The notes under the pieces are model-generated. The model worked only from the letters and a program-made list of their open reading frames with translations. It was not told the origin of the DNA and did not search any database. Below are positions 29,601 through 40,504 of a stretch of DNA of 64,000 nt, in pieces. Numbering within the stretch: the first letter of the stretch is position 1; the number at the start of each line of letters is the position of its first letter. The position numbers and the translations under genes were made by a program. This DNA comes from Mizuhopecten yessoensis (taxonomy: Eukaryota): positions 369,293 through 433,292 of the forward strand of contig NW_018408879.1 of NCBI RefSeq assembly GCF_002113885.1, given 5' to 3'.

Positions 29601-32600
29601 CAACAATCTCAACATTCCTTAATTAATTACAAATAATCGGAGAAAACTTGTAAGCAAGCTTCCATTAGCTGTAGGCGACCTGTTTGTATGCAATACTCGG
29701 TGATTGATTGAGTTCTAGTGGTAGATAGTGTTTGTACTACTGAAGTTCTACCTCTGTGCTGATTGCTTCCATGTACAAAATTGAGATCCCAAGCAAGTAT
29801 AATTATTGGTGTAGAATTTGAAATTAAGTTTTTAGTGGATATCTTGATGCTTAACTTGGAAAGTAATTCTCTACATATTGGTCATTACAGAATGTTTTCT
29901 CACATATCTTGTTTAGGAGTCATTAAGATGAATACGCTATGTAACCTTCAAGTAGAAATGCAATCAGCTAGGTAACCTGTTTGTGGTATTAACTTGCATG
30001 TGATTTTGGTGTAGATATTAACTACAAATAGATTTCAAGGTTACAAGCGATAATGTCTATTGCAGTAGGTCTTTGTAAAGGTAGCACTCGCTGGTGGGGG
30101 TCACTAGGGAGGGGGGGGGGGATCTATATGAGGTGCAGTACTGGAGGATGCACACTAAAGCTCATTATTATTTAAAGATGTTGAAACACAGTTATTTCTG
30201 TGTTACAGCTGCCATTCCCAACCACAAGTTCTTTCTCTCGCCAAACTGCCATAGCCACACATGTGTATTTGTTTGTTAGATTTCTACATAGTTATTGTAA
30301 GATTTAAAAAAATTACTTCGATGCTGAGGTGGCAACTTTGGCATTAAATATAAATTAACTAGGTATAACATATATCGCATTTGAATAAAAAATACCACCA
30401 TTTAGTACATGTCATATCTGTACAGTTAATATAAACAGTATTTAATGAAGCCCTGGTCACATAAAGCTGTTGCTATGGTTAGAGGCCTATACAATCAGGA
30501 AAGATCCTCACAAAATTTCACCTGTTATAACATTGAACAACACAGTTCTTCAGTGTTGCAACCATATTTCAACGGAAAACTGCATTAACAAGGGAGGTAA
30601 TTTGGTGTGCTTTAACCCATGATGTGAATGCCATATATTTTTTCAGGCTGAGGGAGAAGATGATTTGAAGAAAATGCAATTGATGGAACTTGCTATTTTG
30701 AATGGAACTTACAGAGACTCGAAAATTGTTGCTCCCTTCGGGTTCTCACCCACAGGGCTTGCCCGTAAGTTTATTTTCACCCCCTGATCGCCATGACGAC
30801 TAACCAGTGACGAACAGGGTGGTTTTTCTTGACCATTAACAATTTGAAGTTTGACTCGTGTTGTTGATTTTTTGCAGCCTGATGGCGAGGATGACTTAAA
30901 GAAACGCCAACTTATGGAGTTAGCTATCATAAATGGCACATACCGTGACACTTCTAAACCCTCACCTTCATCGAACTCCCAAACATCAACGACTCGTAAG
31001 TCACGGTGACAATATACCAGCAGCCAACCCTATCTATGCCAGTGTGCGGTGTTTAGCTTTCCTCTAATTTTTTTGTACCTGTATTGCTACATCTTTTATT
31101 TATCTTTGCATCCTTTTGGCAAGAGGAATTTTAATATCCACACCCATTTTATTTTTTCTTTGTCATTTACTCTGTGGTTGAGTGGTAGATGCATGAAACC
31201 CACCCTTGCTTACACGGGGTAGATTGGACCAGACTTCCCAGTGCGGGGACCATATAGTGCTGCTTCCAGTATAGATGTAGTGGGTGTATTGTCTCACAGC
31301 TTATCATCATCATCTTCATCCTCCTCCTTCTCCTCATCATCATCTCTCCTCACCTCTCCCAGTAACGATCACCTCACTTGTCCATTTTTAATCAGTGCTC
31401 TGATTCCGTCACTTCCTAAAACCTGATAATTTAGAATTTTTAATGGTATTTTTTATATGTATTTATATCTTTGCTAACATGGAGCGTAGAATTTTCATCT
31501 GTTAAGGTGTTCCAACTAGACTAGACCGCTTTGTTAACATGTTTTGAACAAAACTGCACCAAAGGTTTAATATGCTGCACACATTCATTGTAAACAAGAT
31601 GAATCATTGTGAATTTGTTTTTATTTACGCTGTATATTTCTTCATGTATGGGCAAATTTGTTTTGAAGAGAGAGAAAAAGGCCCCGACAAGTTCCAGATA
31701 GTGATGTTCAGAAGCATGTTTCTAGATATTTTCATTTTAGCCAGAAAGGTGTGGAATTGTTTCCAAAACTTACACCAATACAAACGATTCTCATTGCACC
31801 AGCAGTTGCACTACTGTTTTATCCTATACACCCTCTCCAAATCCTCTATTCATCCCATTTTTTATACCTACAAATATCATTAGGTTTACAATGTACAAAA
31901 TACCTGGTCTGGCTGATCCTAATTAGAATTCATTTTAAAAGAAGCGTTGCATCAATACCCATATATCTGTTGTGGAAGTTTTGATTGACTACAAAACTAT
32001 TAATCACCATCACCATTCCGTAAATAAGGTACCATTCCATCTGCATGTGGTTGTGTTGGAGGGATCTAAAGGCCGGGCCCTAGAATGCATGGGTGAAATG
32101 GCTGAATTTTCTTGCAGTACTGGAACGGTTTTTTGTGCATGATTTTCTTGAGCCGGATGAAATACACACATCTTTGACCCGCTGTCTTGGAACAGACTTT
32201 GTTTGCTTTACTTATTTTGTATTTATTACACATGTTTTGATGTATTTTGCTAATCAGACCACAAAGCTACCTACATCAGCTTCACCTATCTTTTTATATG
32301 TACTAATCAAAATGCTTCCATTCAAATAAGTTAGTTTTGCTTGATGTTTGTGCCTAGCCACCCACATTGAATTCTAAGTTATTTACTTCTAATCAGTAAA
32401 AGCTCTATATTTGGTTTCATGGAATCTTTTCTCTTTTAAACACCTGGTATGTTTTTGTATATAAATTAATGTTCCCAGTAGATACTGATTCATTAAAATC
32501 AATTTGCACATGATGATTTTATAGCTCTTTCAAAGAACGGAGATTAAATCAACAAGAGGTGAAAGGCTGTAGTAGCTTTTGTGGTATCTATTTTCTTATT

Positions 32601-35600
32601 CTTCAGGTCTTAGAAAATGTATGACTTGATTTGAATGTTCATCTTTGGAGATTTCTGTCTTGACTTAATACTCCTGTTTAAATGTTCCCATAACATAGCG
32701 GCCATCTTTTATAAGTGGAGTTACACAGTGTTTCTTTATGGAGATAGGCGTTAGATATAAAGAGGAAAATATGATTCTGTTGTAATCTTGATAATTTGTT
32801 TTCAAATCCAAAATTATTCTTTGGTATGTAGAGTCGAAACAAAATAGAGAGCAACATTTTTAAGCAAATTAGATTGATAGACAAATACAAATCCTATATC
32901 CATATGAACAATGTTAAATACAAATAATAATATTTTTACAAAAATAGTTGATAGGTAAGTCCAGAAAATGGATCTTCAGTCATTTTATACATATGGTTAA
33001 AGTTTCGGGGGGAAAATGGATTTAGGTTTGGCATCAATAGAGTACTAACCTTGGTTAACATTTATGTTGATGAAATGGCTTGTAATATTTGTGCCACGTA
33101 TGTGTGTGACTTCTGGTGCAGCAAACATCTGTTGACAAATATGGACACACATTTTCAATGACCCTATACCGACCCCTGTATACTGGACCGGTAAATTTTA
33201 ATTATAATTCATTGTTTGACCAATTTTTGCCTTTTCACTTTTAAGCTGGTATGAAAAGACCCTGGGATCTTGCAAATATTCAAGGTGTAGGATTAGGAAG
33301 CCTAACTCCACCGTCAATGGGACAAGGAGGTTGGTTTATCAAAACTATCCAATCACAAGACCTCATCCTCTCACTAATTTCCTTTGTTTCTAACAGGCAT
33401 TCCTGTAGCTTGAATTCAAATATTCAAAATAAATTTTAGTCAAAGTTTCATGTTCTAATGGATAACTGATTTGATTGTAAGCAGACATATATATCAGCAA
33501 ATTGAAAATGTGTACCCATTCATTGTTAGCAGTATGTACAACAAGGTATGAATCTGTTATAAGTATTTTCTTGCTCTTTTTCTGATGTCGGATATGGTTA
33601 TTATTTAACAGTATACTTTCGGAGATGATATACAGATCAGTTGGTGTTGTATGAATGCAGATCAAATTCTGCATTGTACTAACTTGTTCCCTCTTTTGTA
33701 TTTTACTTACAGAAGGACCAAGGCTAATCACCACAGCACAACAGTTATCACACATTCCCAATCTACGCACGCAAACACCACAAGGTGCCCCCATCATCTT
33801 GACACCGAGGATCCCGACGAGTCAGGCTGGTTTAATGAACGGTCCCCCACCACTGGTGTCACCATCAGAGGCCGCCACAGGTCTGATGTATAATCCATAC
33901 GAGTACAATCCGTACTCTGCAGCCGCCTTTCACCAAGCAGCGGCACTCATTGAATATCCTTCCTCCTTTGACCAAGCCAACCTTGGTATGTTTCCCATAG
34001 TGCGATAGATTTTATCATCCAGTACTGGCTTATCAACTAGGGAAATCATTTTATGAATTGCACAATCATTGTTTTGTCAATATATATGTATGTTGATATT
34101 TTTTCTCATTTTTCATTTACATGGAATGCTATTTTTATCACATGAATTTAAATTAAATGAAATCCACCTGATTTTAAAGAAACGATGTATAGGGCTGTTC
34201 CAGATACGAGTATAGGGAGGAGTTGAAGGGAGTCACCAATTAATGATGATATAAGGGTGTTGGGGTCAGAAGAAACGTTAACATTTGTATAGTGGGCCCT
34301 AGTGGGGGATTGGTGGTGGTGGGGATTTCACAACAGCGGTTCCTCAAACCCACCCCATATGTTTTTCTGGAATAGCCCTGAAGGGTGTAGTTAGATTATG
34401 TGGTCATTTTATTATTTTATTCATATACACTTGATTTTATAAAGATGAATTCTTAAGTTTATTTACACCAACTTATAATCCTTCATGTTTGTAAATTATG
34501 TAAAAAAAAATCCCTCAATTTACTTTTGGAATTTATTCCCATATTTTACACAATTTATGTTTTTGTTCACACAATGTAATTCCTTGACATTCCAAACTCA
34601 TAGTTACTTGTGTTAGATTGTGTAAATCGCCTGTGTCTTCTGTAAATACCAATATTACACAGTAAATTTGTTCTATGCATCGGTTACTAGATTTAAGTCC
34701 CATATCTACAAAATTGTTGTAAGCTTAGATATGTAATGGGTCCTCTATGTTTGTAATGTAGAATTCTTTTCCACTTTACATGCAAATCAATGTATAGGAC
34801 AAACATGGTATGTATAATATACCCAAAGCGAAAGTCCCACAAATAGAGAATATCAAAAATAATTTACATATTTTGTAGTTAAAATATTGCTTTCTTCTGT
34901 TTAAATGCTTGTTAATTCTTCACCATATCCTAAGTCAACTTGTCTTAACTCATGTTACTTTGTGGATAAAACTACAAATACTATCTAAACTGTTGAACAT
35001 TTTGTCAAATAAATTTATAAAAAATTAATCTGGTAAGTCATAATGATAAGTTCACTGGTCCATTTCTTAAACAAGTCTTAATTCACTTACTAACGGAATA
35101 TGATGTGCATTCCATATCGAATCACACGAAGATCTGTAAAAGTAAATTGAACAAAGGAAATCTTAATTCTGTGATTCTGTAACAGTAACTTGAACAGAAG
35201 AAAGTCAAAATTCTGTGATTCTGCCATTCATGCATTCCATTTATATTCCTTTTGAAAAGGAATGCTGAAATATTTGTATATAAAATACTAGCAGTAACAA
35301 ACAGATGTACTAGTGGTGTAATACCCTTATTGACCCTCCAGTGGAGAACAGTTGACTTGAAGGATGATATATGTAATCACTCGTTTAAGTTATAGTTTCA
35401 CATTTATCCTCTGTGATGATCATACCCGTTCACCTACCAACCAACGCATTATCTCTTTTTCTCCCCACAGGCAAAGCATAACCAATCCAAACTGGAGTGG
35501 CCAAATCTAGACATAAACATGCGTCCCTATGCTTTGTAAAGTGGAGGTAGACTTATCTGTAGACATTTCACTTGTGTGCCTCTACTTTCACCATTTAATA

Positions 35601-37414
35601 GTTTTTGTTGAAAATAAACAAAACATAATTTTCATTTGTTTCTTAAAATAATCTTACGTTTGGTGATGGATTTACACATAAAAATCAAAATAAAAAACAA
35701 CCCCAAACCAAGTACTACGTAATACATATAAATTTGATTTAATCTAGTTGTGTTTGCTTTTGTCAAAATATTCCCCATGAATTTAAGCACTCTTTAAGAA
35801 TTGTTATTAATCCAATAATATGTATTAATTTCAGCTTGCGTTTTTCCTTGGTCGAATGTTTTTCGACCTTTTTTGTCGTGACATCTCCTGGTTAATAACA
35901 GCACTAGATAGTCAGATCAGATGTATAGCTATGAAAAGTTTGGATTTTTGTTAATTCCAAGTTTGCAACTTTAATAATAATTTATAATATATTTTTCAAT
36001 TTTATTTGTAAGGAACTTTTTTATATTATGAAAGAAGTTAATCCTATTTTTTAACTAATTGATTAACCTCACGATCTAACAGTTTAAATTAACACCCAAG
36101 TATTTTTGTGATATTCAAAAAAAAGTTTATTATTTCCAGCATATATGAATGTGCTGAAATTGGCTTTAACATGAACCAGTTGTCTTTCACGCTGAAAGTT
36201 CAAGTATTGTACATTGTACAGGCCATAGCATGGTGTTGTTGAGTATTGTTACGTTAGATGAACCAGGAGGTGTGGTTGACTGGTGCCATTGGACTTCAAT
36301 GATAGTGTTTGCTTTCTGTCCTTTTATATACCTCTCTTTAATTCTTAACACAATAGGGATTTGGATGTTAACTTTCACATACCGAAGCGTTGCAGAAATA
36401 TATCCCTTTGGTAACGGTTTAAACGGAAAACCTCATGTCATGGAACAGTAACATTTTCCTCTTAATCTCCTGCTAATTTGGCATATGCCGTTTCTGTAAG
36501 CTTGGCATGAGTAACAACAGCTGAATGAAAACTATAGGAATACGCTGCATTATCAAGTACTGCCTTAAAATGTCTGCATTGGACACATAAGTGACGGAAG
36601 GTCAGATAGTCCAGGTTCTCCAATCCAACTAAAACAAAAGTGGTCTCCGATTGTGTATCTGCCACTAATTAATTGACCTGTCTGAGCAGGTGCTTTCACA
36701 GTGTATTCATTATTCACATGACATTTAATAACAAGGCTTCAGACACATTCCATGCTTTATCTACTGCTGTAGCATAGGTATGTATTACACCTGTGTTAAA
36801 TCGACACTGCCTGTATTATTTCATTAAGCTGTCAGTAACTCGTGTTCAAAACGGATAAAATTGCATCCTGATCCCAGCATTATTTGTATCATACTTAACA
36901 GAAATTAAACAGTTTAAGCATCTTAAATGATTATATTTCGCCTTAAATGATAATATTTTTAGATTTGTAGATTTGTATTCAAATCAGTATTATAGTGAAT
37001 ACAAGCTCGTAAGTAACAAACCAATTACTGAAATATTTATAACTAAGCCCACAAGACAAAGTGCCAAAGATTTCATATAAGTAGAATTAACTTAGAAGAA
37101 TTAACCTAGTTAAATTGTATGGCTTTGACCTATCGTTACTCAATATAGATGCCAGGATCTACAGCCTATTTACTAAGGCAGGTCAGAGGTCAAGTCTTCG
37201 AGAGAATTTGTGAATGAAAGCAAACATTATCAGCAAAGTCAAATCATTGACCACCGAGAGGGAAACTCTCTTTATACATATATTTCTTTCTTTTTTTGCA
37301 TTTGTCAAGGCCAATATCTAAATGTCTTGGGATATTGTAGGTGCAGTGCCTAAAATGAGGAGAACCCTCGAGGGAATGAGAGCCCACCCTTACGCAAGGG
37401 TTTCTCTTCCATAA
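5477..37414 (+). CDS. QKI: Quaking/How STAR-family RNA-binding protein (QUA1-KH-QUA2), spliced CDS: join(5477..5603,18607..18740,20447..20563,24850..24993,[30647..30764 OR 30878..30995],33713..33985,37341..37414) = 987 nt, 328 aa
   Basis: Manual splicing gives GT-AG introns with compatible phases. Translation contains the QUA1 segment ([12 protein letters not shown]...[14 protein letters not shown]), maxi-KH ([39 protein letters not shown]), QUA2 (LKKxQLMELAIxNGTYRD), a Pro/Tyr-rich tail and a RAHPYAR motif. Confidence 0.96.
14929..14951. repeat. Poly-C tract (23 nt)
   Basis: Direct reading. Confidence 0.95.
15368..15458. mobile_element. 91-bp MITE with perfect 20-bp terminal inverted repeats and TTAA ends
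   Basis: TTAACTCATTCACCCCTGAA (15368-15387) and TTCAGGGGTGAATGAGTTAA (15439-15458). Confidence 0.8.
16614..16843. repeat. Tandem duplication, 2 x 114 bp, one mismatch
   Basis: Copies start at 16614 and 16728; they differ at TGCATG vs TGTATG. Confidence 0.92.
18607..18740 (+). CDS. QKI: quaking exon 2: (E)[44 protein letters not shown]
   Basis: Acceptor TTTTCAG at 18606, donor GTAAGT at 18741; inside ORF 18543..18800; [12 protein letters not shown] is the STAR KH start. Confidence 0.96.
18774..18864. mobile_element. Diverged second copy of the 91-bp MITE, opposite orientation to the copy at 15368
   Basis: TTAA ends, same length; reverse complement of its interior (CACATTTGAACC..AATCAAAGGCTGG) aligns with the interior of 15368-15458 (CACATTTGAACT..AATCAATGGTTGG). 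Confidence 0.72.
18891..19279 (+). mobile_element. Non-autonomous Helentron-associated element (HINE/DINE-1-like, pearl-type of bivalves)
   Basis: 5' T-run, subterminal repeat GGTCACCTGAG (18896-18906), nearby inverted copy (18913-18923), CGTC-type microsatellite, 3' subterminal repeat CTCAGGTGACC (19245-19255), 3' hairpin AGGCC..GGCCT (19260-19273), ends CTTGTT. Confidence 0.85.
20447..20563 (+). CDS. QKI: quaking exon 3: [39 protein letters not shown] (KH GxxG loop)
   Basis: Acceptor TTTTTCAG, donor AAG|GTGAAT; 117 nt, phase 0-0. Confidence 0.97.
20590..21059. repeat. 40-42-bp intronic minisatellite (TATTGTAAC(A/T)CTATGGACAGTTGTCTGAACCTGTTTATA), about 11 copies
   Basis: Recurrent CTATGGACA..TCTGAACCT, starting ~27 nt after the exon 3 donor. 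Confidence 0.92.
23090..23700. repeat. Old degenerate minisatellite (~55-60 bp; GAGTTCTA..TAAGT..AGGATTTGTAGAT..)
   Basis: Recurrent GAGTTCT / GGATTTGT / TTTATGGATGTAAAA motifs; period approximate. Confidence 0.55.
24850..24993 (+). CDS. QKI: quaking exon 4: [48 protein letters not shown]
   Basis: Acceptor TTTCAG, donor GCG|GTAAGT; 144 nt, phase 0-0; not in the ORF track. Confidence 0.96.
30647..30764 (+). CDS. QKI: quaking exon 5a (QUA2 variant A): [39 protein letters not shown]
   Basis: Acceptor TTTTTTCAG, donor CCC|GTAAGT; 118 nt, phase 0-1, open frame. Confidence 0.93.
30878..30995 (+). CDS. QKI: quaking exon 5b (QUA2 variant B): [39 protein letters not shown]
   Basis: Acceptor TTTTTTGCAG, donor CTC|GTAAGT; 118 nt, phase 0-1, open frame; paralogous to 5a with many synonymous differences. 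Confidence 0.93.
33713..33985 (+). CDS. QKI: quaking exon 6: (Q)[34 protein letters not shown]...YNPYEYNPY...[12 protein letters not shown](G), Pro/Tyr-rich tail
   Basis: Branch point TACTAAC 33677-33683, pyrimidine tract, CAG acceptor; donor G|GTATGT at 33986; within ORF 33655..34008. Confidence 0.92.
34191..34379. mobile_element. ~190-bp MITE
   Basis: Terminal inverted repeats AGGGCTGTTCCAGA (34191-34204) and TCTGGAATAGCCCT (34366-34379), one mismatch. Confidence 0.65.
35471..35546 (+). other. QKI: Candidate alternative exon 7A (G-K-A-stop after exon 6); either a short terminal exon or a stop-containing cassette exon
   Basis: Strong acceptor TCTCTTTTTCTCCCCACAG at 35470; TAA 35479-35481; possible donor GAG|GTAGAC at 35547; AATAAA at 35613 and 35689. 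Confidence 0.5.
37341..37414 (+). CDS. QKI: quaking exon 7B, QKI-5/HOW(L)-type C-terminus: [24 protein letters not shown]
   Basis: TTGTAG acceptor, phase 1; resembles human QKI-5 GAVATKVRRHDMRVHPYQR (recalled); donor AAG|GTTAGT at 37424. Confidence 0.9.
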
Positions 37415-38700
37415 ATTTGGAAGGTTAGTCCCAATTATTACTTATATTTTATTTGAGATGTTTTGCCCTAGTGGAGTTCCATTTCTTTTCAAAGGCAATG
37501 GTTAACAATGATGTGAACAAAAAAAAATCCACTTTGTATTTTAATTGACCTGGCACAAAACTTTCTCACCATCTGTACATGGTTTAATTGATATCAAACA
37601 TCCTTTCTCCAGAAATTTGTGTTGGAGTAAATCAAGTTAGTGCCATTTTGTTGTAATAAAAATACAAGAACCATTTCTTTTGTTTCCATCAGGTTTTGTG
37701 TTAAACCATTGCCATTGACAAATGCTCTGTATATGTAATATATATATATACATATGTGCTCTTTTTATACCTTTGATCAAAGTTATTTATATTTTACATG
37801 AGAACAAAAATCAAATTTTACCTATCCAACATTGATAGTTGTGCATAATACTTTTATTTAAGTTTTATATTTGATGTGCCTTAAAGGCAGGTGTTTTCCC
37901 TGTAGAGCTGATGTAAAACGACCGTACCGTATCGTCTCATCACAACTACATATAATGTAATACAGATAGTGTTGTTGGCAAACAGTACCAATATAGGTTG
38001 GCCATTAGTTGGTGAGGGTCAGGTTGGCCATTAGTTGGTGAGGGTCAGTTTTAGAAATATTTTCCCTGTCTGATTCGTCTCCCATCATGTTCACATATAA
38101 ATTTCAGCATTTTGTTTAGCATGATTTTTTTTTTTTTGATGAGTTTAAAGTTTAAGAATTTGTTAGATTTCATTGAGTTATATACATATATATTACAGTA
38201 ATTAATTTGAACGCAAAAACTAGAAGCAATACTCAGGATGTTACGTTTGATTTACATGGTATTTCCTTGTTTTGTTAGCTTGTGAGTGTTATATGACGAT
38301 CAAAATAGAAGAAAAACTACTGCAAAATTCATAAAGATCATTTGTAAGATTCATTTTGTCAGAACCATTCTATTGGTTTGAACTCTTTTCATATGCAATT
38401 TCCATACATTATATTCATGATTTTATCGTTTAAAAGCCAAGTGTCAGTTTTTGTTTGGGTTTATTAGCAGAACATAAACCTATCAATCTCTATTGACAAC
38501 CTGTTAAGAGAAATAAGTGAGATTTCAATAGAAAGTCCAATAAATGGCTCAGTATCTTAATATAAATCAAAAACATTTTAAAGTCATTGCTCAAGTTCCA
38601 TACGTAGTATAGTTGGTGTTAGACTGAACTCCTTACCCAGCAAATAGTCCCCATACTGGTGACAGCAATAGCAAGGGTTTTCTACATACATCTAGTTATC

Positions 38701-38822
38701 TTTCTTAAAAAGTGTTCTTAAATTTGTTTAGCCATTCAAAATACAGTAGAAAGGTCATATATTTCTTAAAAAGTGTTCTTAGATTTGTTTAGCCATTCAA
38801 ACAAAATACAGTAGAAAGGTCA
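38701..38822. repeat. Tandem duplication, 2 x ~61 bp
   Basis: TTTCTTAAAAAGTGTTCTTA..AATACAGTAGAAAGGTCA at 38701 and 38762. Confidence 0.85.
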
Positions 38823-40504
38823 AATTAAATTTGATTCTTCAAAGAATTTTCTGTACTCGTGGAATATTGTTTACAAAATGTTTTAAAGCAAATACGGAGT
38901 ATGATATGGATAGGTTAGAACTACTGTATACATTTTATATGTGGAAGGGATCCTAAGGAATGCCTTAGTATCGCGCTAGATACAGATCATTATTACTCAA
39001 TGCGTTAAATGTTTATTATTTTCTCGGGATATTAGTGCAAAGTCCATGCAAGTACAATCATAAGTTTGTGTAGGCAGATACAGCCAGTGTATTATTGAAT
39101 GTCCCCTTGTTATTGTAGATGTCCACACTTGTTAGATATATATATATACAACATGACATCAACATTTTCTTCCAACTTTTACAATGAAAACCGTGTGAAG
39201 AGAAACACGTGCAATTGTTGTTATATTTTAAGTATGTTTAGGAATAAAAGCACATCAGTTGAGCAAACAGCAGTGTTTATTTTCATTTTAAATTGATGGA
39301 TTCATGTTTTAACTGTAAATCTGCTTCCCTTTTTCATGTAGAATTAGATGTATATAAATTCATTGAAAATTGTCTAAATGGAATTAAAACCGCTTCCTTC
39401 CAGAGTTTTATTTCTGTATGATAAACGTTAAACAATTACCATTATAATTCTACTTCAAGAACTGCAAGTGCATTTACAGTTATACAACAAAGAACTCACT
39501 AGGGTGTTGCATACATGGATGGTTTTGGAACTGCTAGGAAGATTGAAAGCTGTAGACAAGCTTTAGAGGACGTTGGGATGGGATTACCAACCATCGTAAC
39601 CAAGCTTTAGGGGACATGGGGAGGGGCCACTTTGCCTTATTCTAGTCGCTATATTTATGTCATGTCTACAACCTTCTCAACTCTTTGCTTTTAATAGTGG
39701 AAATTGCTTTGAAATTAAATCTAGGTTCAGATTGAAGAGAGTTGGGAATGTTAAAATGTATACATTTGAACCTCGTGTTTATCTGGACCTAAAAAAGTTT
39801 TCCATAGTGTTTCATATTGTAGTCTGGAAATGGATTTTCCTGTCAGTAGTCCAGATAACATGGTTCCAATGTATACCAAAGTTGTCTTAACATTTGTTTT
39901 GTGTTGACTATATAGAGAATACAAGCTATTACAGTAGTACTGCACAGTGTTACAGATAGATATGCAGTCCTCTCGGACATATTGTGTAATATATCTATTA
40001 CATGTAGGCTTGGTTATACCCGATTGTACTCGACACTAATATGACATGTACTAACATTTTGAGGATTAAAGGTGTGCTATGTTAATGTAATTGGTATACA
40101 GTTATACATTAATCACTGTTCATTCATTCATTAATCAGGTCATTGATTGGTCAATGGCTGCTTGACCTGTGACATTTGCTTTTTATCTGTACACCATTCC
40201 TTCCCCTTCTATCTTACAAAACAAATGCCCTGAGTTGTGGGTTCGGCATGAGTTGATGTAATCTTTTTAAAGCATGAGGTTTTACTTCTCACCTGTAAAG
40301 CACACTTTAATCTACAAACTGTGTAGTAGTGTCACTGTTATTTGGGTAACAAACGTTATTATTACCAAGCAGAATTAATAATCATAATAATAATAATTTC
40401 TGTAATTAATTTTTCATATTGAATGCATAAAAAGACAATATTTATGGTAGCAGTATAAACTAACATTTCTTCTTTTTTCTTTTTATTTTTCACTAAACCT
40501 TCAG

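Noticed and set aside
30709-30951. 80-aa minus-strand ORF
   Set aside because: Antisense shadow of exons 5a/5b
30647-30995. Exon 5a/5b as an assembly or haplotype duplication
   Set aside because: The copies differ at many synonymous sites, have unrelated 3' thirds and unrelated flanking introns, so they are not alleles
31241-31426. Ser-rich 61-aa ORF
   Set aside because: Produced by an intronic (TCA/TCC)n tract; no convincing splice signals
33986-34008. GMFPIVR as the true orthologue of the QKI-6 tail GMAFPTKG
   Set aside because: G-M is forced by the donor sequence G|GTATGT and the peptide is too short to claim homology; kept only as a possible read-through isoform
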